A DNA stretch of 64,000 nt from Squalus acanthias (lineage: Eukaryota). Position numbers and translations under genes: made by a program. Under the pieces are notes generated by a model that was given only the letters and a program-made list of their open reading frames with translations, was not told where the DNA came from and did no database searches. The DNA lies in NCBI GenBank assembly GCA_030390025.1, contig JASTWF010000048.1:1674001-1738000 (forward strand), read 5' to 3'. Shown piece by piece: positions 50,841 through 63,552 of this stretch (within the stretch, counting starts at the first letter, position 1; each line of letters opens with the position of its first letter).

Positions 50841-52414
50841 CTATAATTGGCAAAAGAACGAGCGGGGAGATGAGGAAACATACATTTTATTACGCAGAGA
50901 GTTCTTATAATCTGGAATATATTGCCTGAAAGGACAGTGGAAGCAGATTCAATAATAACTTTCAAAAAGGAATTGGATATAAAATTTAAAAAGAATGAAA
51001 AAAACAGGGCTATGGTGAATGAGCAGGTTAGTGAGACTAAATTTATAGGAGCGACCAAAACTAGGGGTCACAAATATAAGATAAACACTAATAAATCTAA
51101 CACTGAATTCAGGAGTAATATCTTCACCCAAAGTGTGCTGATAATGTAGAACTTGATACCACATGGAGAGCTTGAGGGAAATAGCATAAATGCATTTAAG
51201 CAGAATGTAGATAAGGATGTGAGGGAGGAAGGAATAGAAGCATATATTGATGAGGGTAATCGAAGAGGGGTGGGATGAAGGCGGTGGGTTCTCGTTGGGT
51301 AGGCCTTTCAAAGAGGCGGCACAGACTAGATGGGCCGAATCGCCTTCTTCTGTGCTGTACGATTTTATGCTTCTATAAGGCACGCAACATTGTGGGGACA
51401 AAGTGCTCTCCTGTTTCAGGCAGTGCAGGTTTCAGTTCCTTTGCGCGAAACGAGAATTCAAGGGTTAAACTTTTTGCTGGGCTGAATACGCAGATTCTTT
51501 GAAATAACACGTCAACAGGCACCTAGAGTCTGATAGAGAAGCGGACAAACGGTTGTGAACAGAAGCTGAAACCGCCGTCATGAGGCAGGTGTCCCGGTGA
51601 CAAACGTATCTGGAGGCGCATCTCGACTTTGCACAGTGTAAAAGTTCGGTGACACGTTTAAGGATTCTAAGATTAACAATTTCCTATTGATTTGAGATAG
51701 TTCAACTTAGAGCAGAGAAGGTTAAGGGGAGAATTGATAGAGGTGTTCAAAATCATGAAGGTTTTGATAGAGTAATTAAGGGGAAATTGTCTCCAGTGGC
51801 CGCAGGGTGGGTATCCAGAGGAGGCAGATAAAAGGTGATTGACAGAAGAGCCAGAGGGGGAGAGGAGGAGAATGTGTTTACACTGCGAGTTGTTATGATC
51901 TGGAATGCACCGTCTGAAAGGGCGGTGGAAGAAGGTTCATTCGTAACTTTCAAAAGTGAATTTGATAAAATCTTGAGCGGAAAATTTACAGGGCTATGGG
52001 GAAAGAGAAGGGGAGTGGGACTAATCGGACAGCACTTTCAAAGTGCCGGTACAGGCACAATGAGCCGAATGGAGTCCATCTGTGCTCCATCTGTGGTGCA
52101 TCATTCCAAGGTTCTATGATAATCAGCGCATCTCTGGTCACTTACGCTTTCCGACAAATCGGGGAGGGATCTGTACCCCCTCTGCTGAGGTGATCCTGGG
52201 AATTATTCAGAGGAATAATCGGAAGGTACGTGTGACTCCTTCCCATATTCCTCCGACCGCTCTTTCAATTCAGTTACTAACCCATTGAACCCTCCGCCTC
52301 ATCTACTTCTTATAATGTAGAGAATAACTTAAAGAAAATGACATCCAAACCATTAATACAGCATTCTTAATAATTAATAATCAATTGAATTCATCTAAGG
52401 TGACAGAGAGCAAG

Positions 52415-52445
52415 AAGATAGATGGAAAAATAGATAGATAGATAC

Positions 52446-52511
<66 letters not shown>

Positions 52512-52520
52512 CGATAGAAG
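52415..52520. repeat. (GATA)n microsatellite
   Basis: Directly visible. Confidence 0.9.
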
Positions 52521-53122
52521 GATNNNNNNNNNNNNNNNNNNNNNNNNNNNNNNNNNNNNNNNNNNNNNNNNNNNNNNNNNNNNNNNNNNNNNNNNNNNNN
52601 NNNNNNNNNNNNNNNNNNNNNNNNNNNNNNNNNNNNNNNNNNNNNNNNNNNNNNNNNNNNNNGGATGGATGGATGCACGGACGTACGGATGAGCGGATGG
52701 ACGTACAGATAGGGCTTAGTTGGTTAAATTAAGAGATCAGGCTAAGAATCAATTGGAACTTTCAAGACTGAGATTGATAGATATTTGTTGGGTAAGTGCA
52801 TCGAGGATTATGGAGCAATGGTGATTAGATTGAGTTGAGACACCCATCAGCCATGATTTCATTGTTTGGGAAGTCAGGCTCGAGGGTCTGAATGGCCTCG
52901 TCTTCTTCCTAGGTGACAGGCTCGAGTAGTTACCCGGATTTCTCCTGCAGCTGTGTAACTGGTTCGATTGCCAGATTGCCACTTCCTGCTCCTAGGTAAC
53001 AGGCAAGAGGAATATACGACCTCTTCCTGTTCCTGTGTAACAGACACAAGGAAATTGAATGGCCTCCTCGTAATCCTGTCTTCGAGCAAAACATATTCAA
53101 TCAACTGAGTGTTTCGTGGTCC

Positions 53123-53142
53123 TAGAGCGCCCTCTGCTGTCC
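53123..53142 (-). promoter_or_regulatory. CTCF motif, F1 type
   Basis: GGACAGCAGAGGGCGCTCTA. Confidence 0.7.
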
Positions 53143-53970
53143 AAGTGGAGAAAGAAAACACAGTGTTCAGTGTGTAAAATCCACCAGTCTTTGTATTTTA
53201 GTTCCTTCTTTATATCTTTCTATCCTTCTTTCTGCCATTCTTTCAGTCTTTCGTTCGTTCTCTCTCCCTTTTTTTCCTGGTTTTCTTTCTTGATATCTAT
53301 TACTTTTTTTCTCTCCTTCTACATTTCATTTTATCATTCTGCAGTACATCTAACAATCTATCTTTGCACCTTCTCTGATCCCTTTATATACAATGGTCAA
53401 AGTGGGAGGTTTTAAGGAGCGTCTTAAAGGAGGAAAGAGAGGTAGCGAGGCGGACAGGTTTAGGAAGGGAATTCCAGAGCTTAGGGCCGAGGCAACAGAA
53501 GGCACGGCCACCGATGGTTGAGCGATTGTTATCAGGGATGCGAAGCAGGGTAGAATTAGAGGAGCACAGATATATCGGGGGCTTTGGGGGCTGAAGGAGA
53601 TTACAGAGATAGGGAGGGGCGAGGCGAAGGAGGGATTTGAAAACAAGGATGAGAAGTTTGAAATCGAGGCGCTGCTTACCCGGGAACCAATCTTGAAGAC
53701 CTCTATCAGGTCACCACTCAGACTTCTCCTTTCTAGAGAAAAGAGCCCCAGCCTGTTCAGCCTTTCATGATAGTTATAACTTCACAGTTCCTGTGTCATT
53801 CTTGTTATTCCTGATTTGCAGCTTCTCAAGTGCCTCTACATCTCATCTCTGAGGTTAAATCAAACACGTCTCCTCTTCTTCTCAAAAGCACGTTCGCTCT
53901 CCAAAATAAACCAAACAGGGCATAGCAGCGCGCGGTTTTATTTTAAACAGGTGTTTCCTGCCGCCTTTCG

Positions 53971-54009
53971 GGTATTTGTTGAGCACCTCCATCTCTCTGA
54001 GTCACTGTG
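53971..54009 (-). other. 23-RSS (CACAGTG-23-ACAAATACC)
   Basis: Counted. Confidence 0.9.
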
Positions 54010-54597
54010 AACACTCCAGGTGCAGTAATACACGGCCGAGTGATTAACCGCAGGCTGGTGGACTTCAGGTTGAAGATGTTGTCATTTGATCGCTCGGCGG
54101 TAAAGCCGTCCACCGTCCCCTCTGCAGTTAGACTTTTTACAGTTAGGGAGATAAACATCAACTGCGGCTCCTTCGCTGGATATTGTCAGTAACAGTACAT
54201 GTTAGGGGAACCTGGTCACTCCACAGAGCATTTCAGTTCCGCTCCATCCCCAGGAATTCTGGAGACAGCGGCGGGCGTCTGGCGGATAGTCTGTGAGTTC
54301 ACGTCTGAGAAATAAATGGAGAAGGTCAGTCAACAGTGANNNNNNNNNNNNNNNNNNNNNNNNNNNNNNNNNNNNNNNNNNNNNNNNNNNNNNNNNNNNN
54401 NNNNNNNNNNNNNNNNNNNNNNNNNNNNNNNNNNNNNNNNNNNNNNNNNNNNNNNNNNNNNNNNNNNNNNNNNNNNNNNNNNNNNNNNNNNNNNNNNNNN
54501 NNNNNNGAAAACGTAAAGAAGGGCTATTGACAAGAATGATTTTTTTATATAATCCCTTACGGTGAAACAAGATAATTATACCCAGTAACAGCAACAA
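54010..54597 (-). pseudogene. TRBV: TRBV F1 pseudogene (V exon 54010-54304, leader 54561-54597)
   Basis: Same TTG start, TGA stop and FR3 frameshift as the 15963 copy. Confidence 0.9.
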
Positions 54598-56144
54598 CTT
54601 TTATTCATGCTTTTCCCTTAATAATGAAAAGAGCGAGAACAGGAGAGTTGTTTCTTGTGATGATCCAACCAGCTATGTTCAAATCACTGAGGAAATCATG
54701 AACAGCATTATGACAGCCCCGACCCATCCGCTCTGACACACAGCCCCACCTCTCCCTCTCTGATTGGCAGCCCAGCTGCTCCATCTCTGATTGACATTAA
54801 TTTAAGCAGATGGGTACTGGAATTTACAAAGCGGACATAGACAGATTAAATGAATGAACAAAACAGAGATAGATGAACTTTAATGTGGGCAAAGGTGAGG
54901 TCATCCACTGTGACCCAAAGAAAGATAGTGTCGAGTATTTTCTAAATGGTGAGAAGCTGGGAACTGTAGAGGGGCAAAGGGATTTAGGTGTCGAGCTAGA
55001 CAAATCACATAAGAGCCAGCAGGCATGTACCAAAATCAAAAAGGCTAATAGAATGTTGGCCTTTATCTCAAGGGTGCTGGAATACAGAGGAAAGAAAGTT
55101 ATACTTCAGTTGTATAGCGTCCTGGTCAGACTCCATCTGGAACAGGACGTTCAGTTCTGAGTAAACTCTTCAGGAAGGATATATTGGTCTTGGAGGGAGT
55201 GCAGCGAAGATTCAACAGAATGATACCGGGGCTTGGAGGGTTACTTTTTGAGGACAGATTACATAGACTAGGCTTGTATTCCATTGAATATAGAAGATTG
55301 AGCAGTGATCCTACTGAGGTGTTTAAAATGTTAAAAGTATTGGAGACTTTAGATAGAGAGAAGGTATTCCCTCTGGTGAGGGGCAGCCCAGAACTGGGGG
55401 CCATCAACTGAGCATTAAAGCGAGGCCGATCAAGGGTCATATCTGGAGGCACCTCTTGACCTAAAGGGTAGTGGACATCTGGAATTCTCTCTCCCATTTG
55501 GCTGCTGAGGCTAGAGGTCAATCGGGTATTTCAAAACTTAGATTTTTGTTAGGTAAGTGTTACGGAACCAGCTGGAGTTATGGTTCCTCTTCTGATCACA
55601 CACTTTCGGAAGCATATCAAGGACTTCGACAGGGTGAAGAGGAGAATTACAAAATAGTACTAGGGACGAGGGTTTCCAGTCACATTGAGAGACTAGAGAA
55701 GATGGGATTGTTCTCCTTCGGGCTGAGACGGTTAAGGATCGATTTAATGGAAGTGTTCAAAATCATGAAGGGTTTTGATAGAGTAAATAACGAGAAACTA
55801 CATCCAGTGACAGAAGCGTCTGTAACCAGTGGGAACATATTTAAGGACCAGATAGGGAGATGATGAGTTTTTTTATTGTAGAACGAGTTGTTATGGTTTG
55901 GAATGCACTGCCCGAATAGGTGGAGGAAGCAGATTCAATAATACGTTTCCAAAAGGAATTGGATACACACTTCAAGCGGAACGTTTACAGGGTTATGGGG
56001 CAAAGGCACGGGAATAGGACTAATTGGATAGCTCTTTGAAAAGACCAGTATAGGTATGTGGGGCCGAATGATCGCCTTCCGTGCTCTATCATTCTATGAT
56101 TCTATGACTTGGTGGCAGAATATTTGCTCCGAAATAAAATCTAG

Positions 56145-56163
56145 TGCTGCCACCTGGTGGTGG
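56145..56163 (-). promoter_or_regulatory. CTCF motif, F2 type
   Basis: CCACCACCAGGTGGCAGCA. Confidence 0.7.
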
Positions 56164-56197
56164 AAAATGAGCAGTGAAATCCCATTCATCCGTTGCA

Positions 56198-56236
56198 GGT
56201 TTTTGTCGCTGGGGAGCCGCTTTCTCAAACGCTGTG
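56198..56236 (-). other. 23-RSS (CACAGCG-23-ACAAAAACC)
   Basis: Counted. Confidence 0.95.
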
Positions 56237-57154
56237 TGATACTACAAGCACAGTAATAGACAGCGGTGTGAGACGGAGAGGAGGCGCTCAGTTCCAAAGT
56301 AAACAGCGTAGTGCTAATTCTTTCGGCCTTAAAAGTCTCGGTCGTGTACTTCGTAACATCACCTGCTACAGCAGAATAGAAAAGAGCATCTAATGCCCGG
56401 TCGGGTTCTTGTCTGTACCAGTACATTTGGAAATAAGCAGTATTCCTCAGCGTGCATCTGAGCGTGGTCGACTCTCCTGCTCCAATCGATAGGACAGAAG
56501 GCAACTGCTCCACGTACGAGGCGAGTATTCCTGTCGAATGCAACATCGATTAATTTCTTATTTTTTTCAATAATTGATTTGAGCACGGACTGCAATGAAA
56601 AAGAACTTCCATTCATAAAGCGCTTTCACGAACTCAAAAATTCACAAAGCTCTTTACAGCCAATGAAGTGCTGATGAAATTGTCGTCATTGTTGTAATGT
56701 CGGAAAGGAGACAGCCAATTTCAGCACAGCAAGCTCCCACATACTGCATTGAAATAAATGACCAGTACATCTAATTTTTGGTGTTTGCTTTGGGATTAAT
56801 GTTGGCCCAGGACACCGGCGACAACTACGCTGCTCTTCTTCTAATAGTGCCCTGGGATCATTTACGTCTACCTGAGAGGGCAGCTCGGTTTACTGCCTTA
56901 TCTGAAAGATGGCACCTCCGATAGTGCAGCACTTCCTCAGTGCTGGTCTCGGGAGTGTCAGCATAGATTTTGTGCTCAAGTCTCAGGAGTAAGACTCCAA
57001 CCCAAAACCTATGATTCCGAGGCAAGGTTTCGAACAGCTGAACAACAACTGACATTATAATACATTATTCTACAAAGATCTCATAAGTTTGTTATTTTGA
57101 CTTACGTGGGATCATTGTCATCATCAATGTTAGATAATAAAATTCATGAAACAT
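56237..57154 (-). CDS. TRBV: TRBV F2, intact: leader 57106-57154, V exon 56237-56530
   Basis: Leader MFHEFYYLTLMMTMIP; V ..QMYWYRQ..YYCACSI. Confidence 0.9.
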
Positions 57155-58765
57155 GATTTATTCATTCGACAATGGCTCACAGTGCGAACTAGTGCAGCTC
57201 CAAACCACGTTTAAAATGCGATTTGTCGAGTGGATCTGATTAAATACGAAGCATCCGGTTGTAATTGTCACTCTTACGCCACTTCCTGTGCAAGTCACGC
57301 CCCATCCCATTCCTTCCCTAGTTTCGTAACTTCATAGAACCATACAGCACAGAACGTAAAGGAAAGGACAAATAGAGGTGATAAATATTAAACATTACGA
57401 ATGGTTTCGATAGAGTTGATAGGGAGAATCTAAATCCACTGGCAGGAGGGTCGTTAACCAGAGGGCACAGATTTAAGATAATAGGCAAAAGGACCAGCGG
57501 GGAGATGAGGAGACGTAAATTTTATTGCAGAGAGTTGTCATGATCTGGAATGCATTGCCTGAAATGGCGATGGAAGCAGATTCAATAATTACTTCTGCAA
57601 GGGAATTGGATATAAACTTGATATGGAAAAAAACAGGACTATGGGGAAACAGCAGGGGAGTGGGACTAAATTGATAATCGGGACCAAAACTAGGGGCTTC
57701 TAGGATATACACTAATACATGCAAGAGGGTATTCAGGAGTACCCTCGTTACACAAAGTGTGGTGAGACTCTGAAACTTGCTACCGCATGGAATGGTTGTG
57801 TCGAATAGCATAGCTGCATTTAAGGGGAGGCTAGATAATTACATGAGAGAGAAAGGAATTGAAGGATATGCTAATGGGCGTACTTGAAGAGGGGTAGGAC
57901 GATGCCGGTGGGGTTCAAATTGGATAGGTCTTTCAAAGAGCCGCATCAGACCAGTCGGTCCGAATGGCCTACTTCAGTGCTGTAGGATTCTATGATTCTT
58001 GGAAAAATAGAACGTTGCTGGGAAAAATGCTCTCCTGTTTCAGGCAGTGCAGGTTTGAGTTCCGATGTGCTGAGCGAGAATTCAAGGGTAAATTCTTTGC
58101 TGAGCTGAATTCGCAGATTCTTTGAAAAACAAATCAAAAGCCATCTAGAGTCTGATAGAGAAGCGGGTAAACGGTTTTCAACAGATTCTGAAACCGCCGT
58201 CATGCGGCAGGTGTCCCGGAGACAAACATATCTGAAGATGCGTCTCGTCTTCGCACAGTGTGAACCATCGGTGAGAATTGCAAGGGTTCTAATATTAAGT
58301 ATTTCCTAATTGTATGGGGTGTTCTCCTTAGAGCAAAGAATGTAAGGCGGAGCTTTACCAGAATGATAGCAGGAGTGAGCGACTCAACTTTGCTGCAGAG
58401 ACTGGAGAAGCTGGTGTTGTTCTGTCTACAGCACGCAATCTGGTTCTTAAATGACGATAATATCTTAAAAGAATGACATTCAGTACGTTGATATATTACA
58501 TTTTTAATTAATTAAAAGCAATTTGTAATNNNNNNNNNNNNNNNNNNNNNNNNNNNNNNNNNNNNNNNNNNNNNNNNNNNNNNNNNNNNNNNNNNNNNNN
58601 NNNNNNNNNNNNNNNNNNNNNNNNNNNNNNNNNNNNNNNNNNNNNNNNNNNNNNNNNNNNNNNNNNNNNNNNNNNNNNNNNNNNNNNNNNNNNNNNNNNN
58701 NNNNNNNNNCCCGGTCTATCTAAATATGATTAGAACTAGTTGGGGGTTGGTGTCTGAGACGGGTG

Positions 58766-58804
58766 GGTTTTTGTAGCACGGTTCAATCTGAGTATATCTC
58801 TGTG
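58766..58804 (-). other. 23-RSS (CACAGAG-23-ACAAAAACC)
   Basis: Counted. Confidence 0.92.
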
Positions 58805-59956
58805 CATCACTGCAGGCGCAGAAATACCGCGCCGTGTCGTTCGGCCGCACCACCGATATCTTCAGATCGAAGGAGTTATCTGCAGTTTTCTTTGCCCAAA
58901 ATCTCTCCGTGATCCACTCCGACCTGGTCGGGTCACCTTCATTCACCGCATACAAGAGGTCCTGGAGTCCTCGGCCCGGGACCTGACGGTACCAGTACAT
59001 ATAAGGATCAGTGCTGCGTTGGGTACACGGGATAGTCACAGACTCGCCCTCTATCACCGACACATACTCCCGGGACTGCACCATCTTCTGAGACCCGCCA
59101 ACACCTGGAAGGAAAATAGAAGTGAACAGCAAAGAGAGACAGTTATTTCCCCCGAAATTAGACCCACTAACCTGTTTAATTATTAGTTGTTATTTGACTG
59201 ATTTACCCCTTTCCCTCGCACTCTTGCTTTTCATTTCAATCGATGTATTTTCTGTATTTTCACATAAATCTAATTGAGCTGACCAAAGGATTGGATAGGC
59301 TAGATAAGGCGAAATTATTTCCCCTGTCTACCCTATCACCGCCCTGTTCCGAAGCTCCTTAACAGACACAATCTACCGGCTCTACCGCACGACATTCTGG
59401 TTTAAGTCGATTTGGCAAAACAAGATTTATCTTCAAAAGCCGCAGGCACTTGTAATCAGACAGGAGCCAGTAGGTTTAGTGGAGCTCTCCTTATAATATA
59501 GATTGGCGTGGAAATGTCACTCACTGGTTCAACTATTATAGAAAAATCCCTGTTAACTAAATGTCCCTCCCGCCCTAATTTAACACAATTTATCACCTTT
59601 ATGTGTCACTAAAGAGATATAGTCTACTTGCTCCAACAACCCTGTTCTCTTCCTTTCCTTTGTTCTTTCTTTCGATTTAGCTATTTTCTTTATGTCTTTC
59701 TTTTTTCTTTATTTATGTCTTTCTTTCCATCTTTCCTTCGTTCTATCATTCTTTCTTTCTATCTTTCTCTCTATCTTTTAATCTCATCCATCCATTCATT
59801 CTTTCTCTTTTTGTTGAAAATTAAAACTTGTTTTGTAGGCTCTTTAATAGATTCCTACTCCAAAAGCTGAAAACCTCCATGTGACACCGGGCTCTCGCAT
59901 TACTTACCCGCCAATAGGAACAGCGGCAACGTGCAGGACAGGAGGCAAGTCCGCAT
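58805..59956 (-). CDS. TRBV: TRBV F3, intact: leader 59908-59956, V exon 58805-59104
   Basis: Leader MRTCLLSCTLPLFLLAG; V ..DTARYFCACSD. Confidence 0.88.
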
Positions 59957-61277
59957 GGTCCGGGACAGAGCGTCTGAGACCGGGAGCCCCTCGACCAACA
60001 AGCTGTCCAGAGACTGGAGCAATGACACTGTTGTGTGCAAGGCCCGAACTGGCGCGTGTAAACGGCAACGTTCTCTATCATTCATAAGAAAACATTGAAC
60101 ATACAATGCACCGCCCCGCCCTCTATGACTGGCAGCCCCGCCCCTCACTCGATGATTGATAGCACCTTTCCGCCCTCTATATTTGACTGCCGCGTCATAT
60201 TTCCCTAATTGACAGCCACCCCACCGTCTCCAATGAACAGTCCGGCCCCTCGCGCGCTGATTGGCAGGAAGTGGAACAGATGGGATCCGAGCGTTGCAAA
60301 GGGGACATAGAGATTAGTTGAGCGGGCAAAACAGTGCAAGAAGGAACAGTGGAACAAGTGGGGAAGTGCGAGGTCATCCACTTGGGATCTAAGAAAGATA
60401 GATCAGAGCATTTTCCAAATGGTGTTAAGCTAGGAATTGCGGAGGAGCAAGGGGATTTAAGTGCCCAGGTAAACAATTCACTTAATGCCGGTAGACAGGG
60501 AAAAAAGGAATCAAAAGGCTAAAGGGATGTTGTCCTTTATCTGAAAGGGTCTGGAATACAAAGGGCAGGATGTTATTCTTCTATCGTATAGAGACTTGGT
60601 CAGACCCCATCGGGAGTACTGAGTTAAATTCTGGGTACCGCACCTCAGGAAGAATATATTAGACTTGGAGGGGATGCAGCGCTGATTCTCCAGACTTTTA
60701 CCCGGGACAGAGGGGATAAAATTATGAGGAAGGATTGCAAAACTTTGCCTATATTACGTTGAGTATAGAAGATTCAGTGCTGAACTAATTGAGATTTGTA
60801 AATGTTAAATCAAGTTGATAGTGTATATAGAGAGAAACTATTTCTCTGGTGGGGGAGTCCAGGACAGGGGGAGCGTAACCTTAAAGTTAGAGTTAGGTTT
60901 TATCAGGCATTGTGTCAAAAACACCTCTTCACAGAATGGTCGTGGAAATGTGGAACTCTCTCCTCCAAGAGTCTGTTCAGGATAAGGGTCAATTGGAGCT
61001 TTCAGGACTGTGATTGATAGATATTTATTGGGTAAGTGTATCCAAATTCATGGAAAAAAAGCGGTTAGATAGAATGAAGATACTCATCAACCATGATCTT
61101 ATTGGCTGGCATAGCAGTGTCGCGGGGCTGAATGGCCTCCTCCTGTTCCTGTGTATACGGTCCCGAGGATGCTTAATGGCCTTTTCCTGTTCCTATGTAA
61201 CAGGCTCAAGGGGACTGGATGACCTCCTTCTATTGCATATTAAACCATATCACAAGCAAACGTGTGGTTCATGGTCC

Positions 61278-61296
61278 TAGAGCGCCCTCTTCAGTC
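61278..61296 (-). promoter_or_regulatory. CTCF motif, F1 type (variant)
   Basis: GACTGAAGAGGGCGCTCTA. Confidence 0.5.
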
Positions 61297-61746
61297 TCTG
61301 TGGAGAAAGAAAACACATTGTCAGTGTGTAAAAGCTCGACAATCTTTTTACTTCATTTCAAAATTTTTAACTTTTTTTTTCTTTCTGTTTATCTTTCTTT
61401 CTTTCTGTCTATCTTTCTTCCTTTCAAACTGAATGTCTTTCTTTCTATCTTCCTTTCTTTCTTTTCGGACTTGTTTCTTTCTTCATATCATTCTTTCTTG
61501 CTGTCTTTCTGTCCTTTTTCGTTCTCCCTCTCCTTCTTTCCTTCTTTCTTTCTATCTTCCTTTCTATCTTCCTTGCGTTCTTCACTACATCTTTGCAGCT
61601 TCTCCAGAACCTTTTTTAAATGTAATTTCTCACATTTGTTCAAACCCTTTCCTTCTTGTCAAAACACATTCGGTCTGCAAAATAAACCCAACAGGATGCG
61701 GCACCGCGCTGTTTCATCATCAACAGGTGTTGCCTGCAGCCTTTGG

Positions 61747-61785
61747 GGTTTTTGTTGAGCTCATCCATCTCTCTGAGTCACTGTG
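61747..61785 (-). other. Canonical 23-RSS
   Basis: Counted. Confidence 0.97.
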
Positions 61786-62320
61786 AAGACTCCAGGCGCA
61801 GTAATACACGGCCGAGTGATTCGCCAGCAGGTGGTAGGACTTCAGGTTGAACTCGTTGTCATTCGGTCTCTCGGCGGTAAAACCGTAAACCGTCCCCTCT
61901 GCATTCACGTGATTAGCAATCGTGGAGTAAAACATTAACTGCGGCTCCTTCCCCGGGTCCCGTCTGTACCAGTACATGTATCCGCTACTGGCGCCTTCCA
62001 CCTCGCACTTCAGTTCCATTCCCTCCCCAGGAATATTGGAGAGAGCGGCGGGAGTCTGGCGGATCGTCTGCGAGTTCACATCTGGGAAAGAGACGGTGAG
62101 AGGAAGAGATAAGTAAACAGGCGAATTCTCTGTTGTGGTGTTAAAAAGAATTAAAGAGCGAGAGAATGAAGGACAGAACGAAGGGAAGAATAGAAAAAAA
62201 CGAAAGGAATAAAGAAAGAAGGAAAGAAATAAAGAGTAAAGAAAGTTTATTGAAAAAGACTATTGTTTGAAAAAGTCCCTTACATTGAAATAAGATCATG
62301 AGACTCATTAACAGATACAT
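61786..62320 (-). CDS. TRBV: TRBV F1, intact: leader 62284-62320, V exon 61786-62081
   Basis: Near-identical to the 23752 gene (2 aa differences in V). Confidence 0.92.
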
Positions 62321-63552
62321 CTTTTATTTAAAAGATTTACTTTTAAAAATGAAATCAGCGAAAACAAGAGCGTTGAGTCTCGTGAGGATCCAACCCGCTC
62401 TTTTCAAATCATTGACGAGCGGAAGGAAGTGATGCAGGCCACGCCCTCTCTGATTGACAGCATCGCTCATCCACTCCTACGCTGATTGACAGACCCGCCC
62501 CACTCTCTGAAACATAGTCCCGCCCCCCACGCTGATTGACAGACCCGTCCTCACTCTCTGATACATAGTCCCGCCCCCCACGCTGATTGACAGTCCAACC
62601 CCTACCTCTCTGTTTGGCAGTAAGGAGAGCAAACGGGAGCAGGTAGTTGCAGTGTTGAGCTAAACAACTTACGTGAATGAGAAAAAACAGCGACAGGTAG
62701 ATTTTAACGTGGAACGTGGGCAAGTATGAGGCCAACCACTGGGGGCCTAAGGAGGAAACATCAGTGTATTTTCTAACTGATGAGAAGCTGGAAAATGTCG
62801 AGGAGCAAAGAGATTTCGTTGGCCCGGTACACAAATCAATAAAAACCAGGAGACAGGTGCAAAACTGAATCAAACAGCTTAATGCAATGTTGGCCTTGAT
62901 GTCAAGGAGGCTGGAATACAAAAGGGAGGAAGTTATGCTTCAGTTGGGCAGAGCTCTGTCAGACTCCAAGTGGCAAACTAGGTTCTGTTCTGGGGAACGC
63001 ACCTCAGGAAGGACGTTTTGGTCTTGCAGGGAGTGCAAGGCAGATTCACCAGAATGCTTAGAGGGTTAAATTATGAAGACAGGTGGCATAGAATATCCTT
63101 GTCTGCCCTTGCATATACAAGATTGAGGTATGAACTGATTTAGTCTTTTGAGGTTAAAAGGTGTTGTTAGGGTAAACAGAATGAAAGTATGTCCACTGGT
63201 GGCGGAGTCCAAAACAACGGGGCATAACTTTACAGTGAGAGCTAAGCCTTTCTCGCGTGAGGGCAGGAAGCAGTTCTTCACACAAAGGGCAGTGAGAAAC
63301 TTCAATTCTCTGCCCGAAAACGATGTGGGTGCTGGCGGTCAATTGGAGATTTCTTTACCGAGATTGATAGATTTTTTCTTTAATTAGTTAGCAAATCAAG
63401 AGATAGGGAGCAAAAGCGGGTCGATGGATTTAAGTTAAGTTACAGCTATGATCCAATTGAATGGCGAAGTCGGGTTGACGAGCTGAATGGCCTCCTCCTG
63501 TTCCTGTCTTTCTATTAAACCATGTTCCAGGCACTGAAATCTTTCATGGTCC

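Noticed and set aside
7258-62320. Assignment as IgH/IgNAR/NAR-TCR or TCR alpha/delta V genes
   Set aside because: No per-V D-J-C clusters, no octamer promoters noticed, and CAWS/TRBV30-like sequence. A 23-RSS alone does not discriminate, so TRB remains an inference, weakest for F3.
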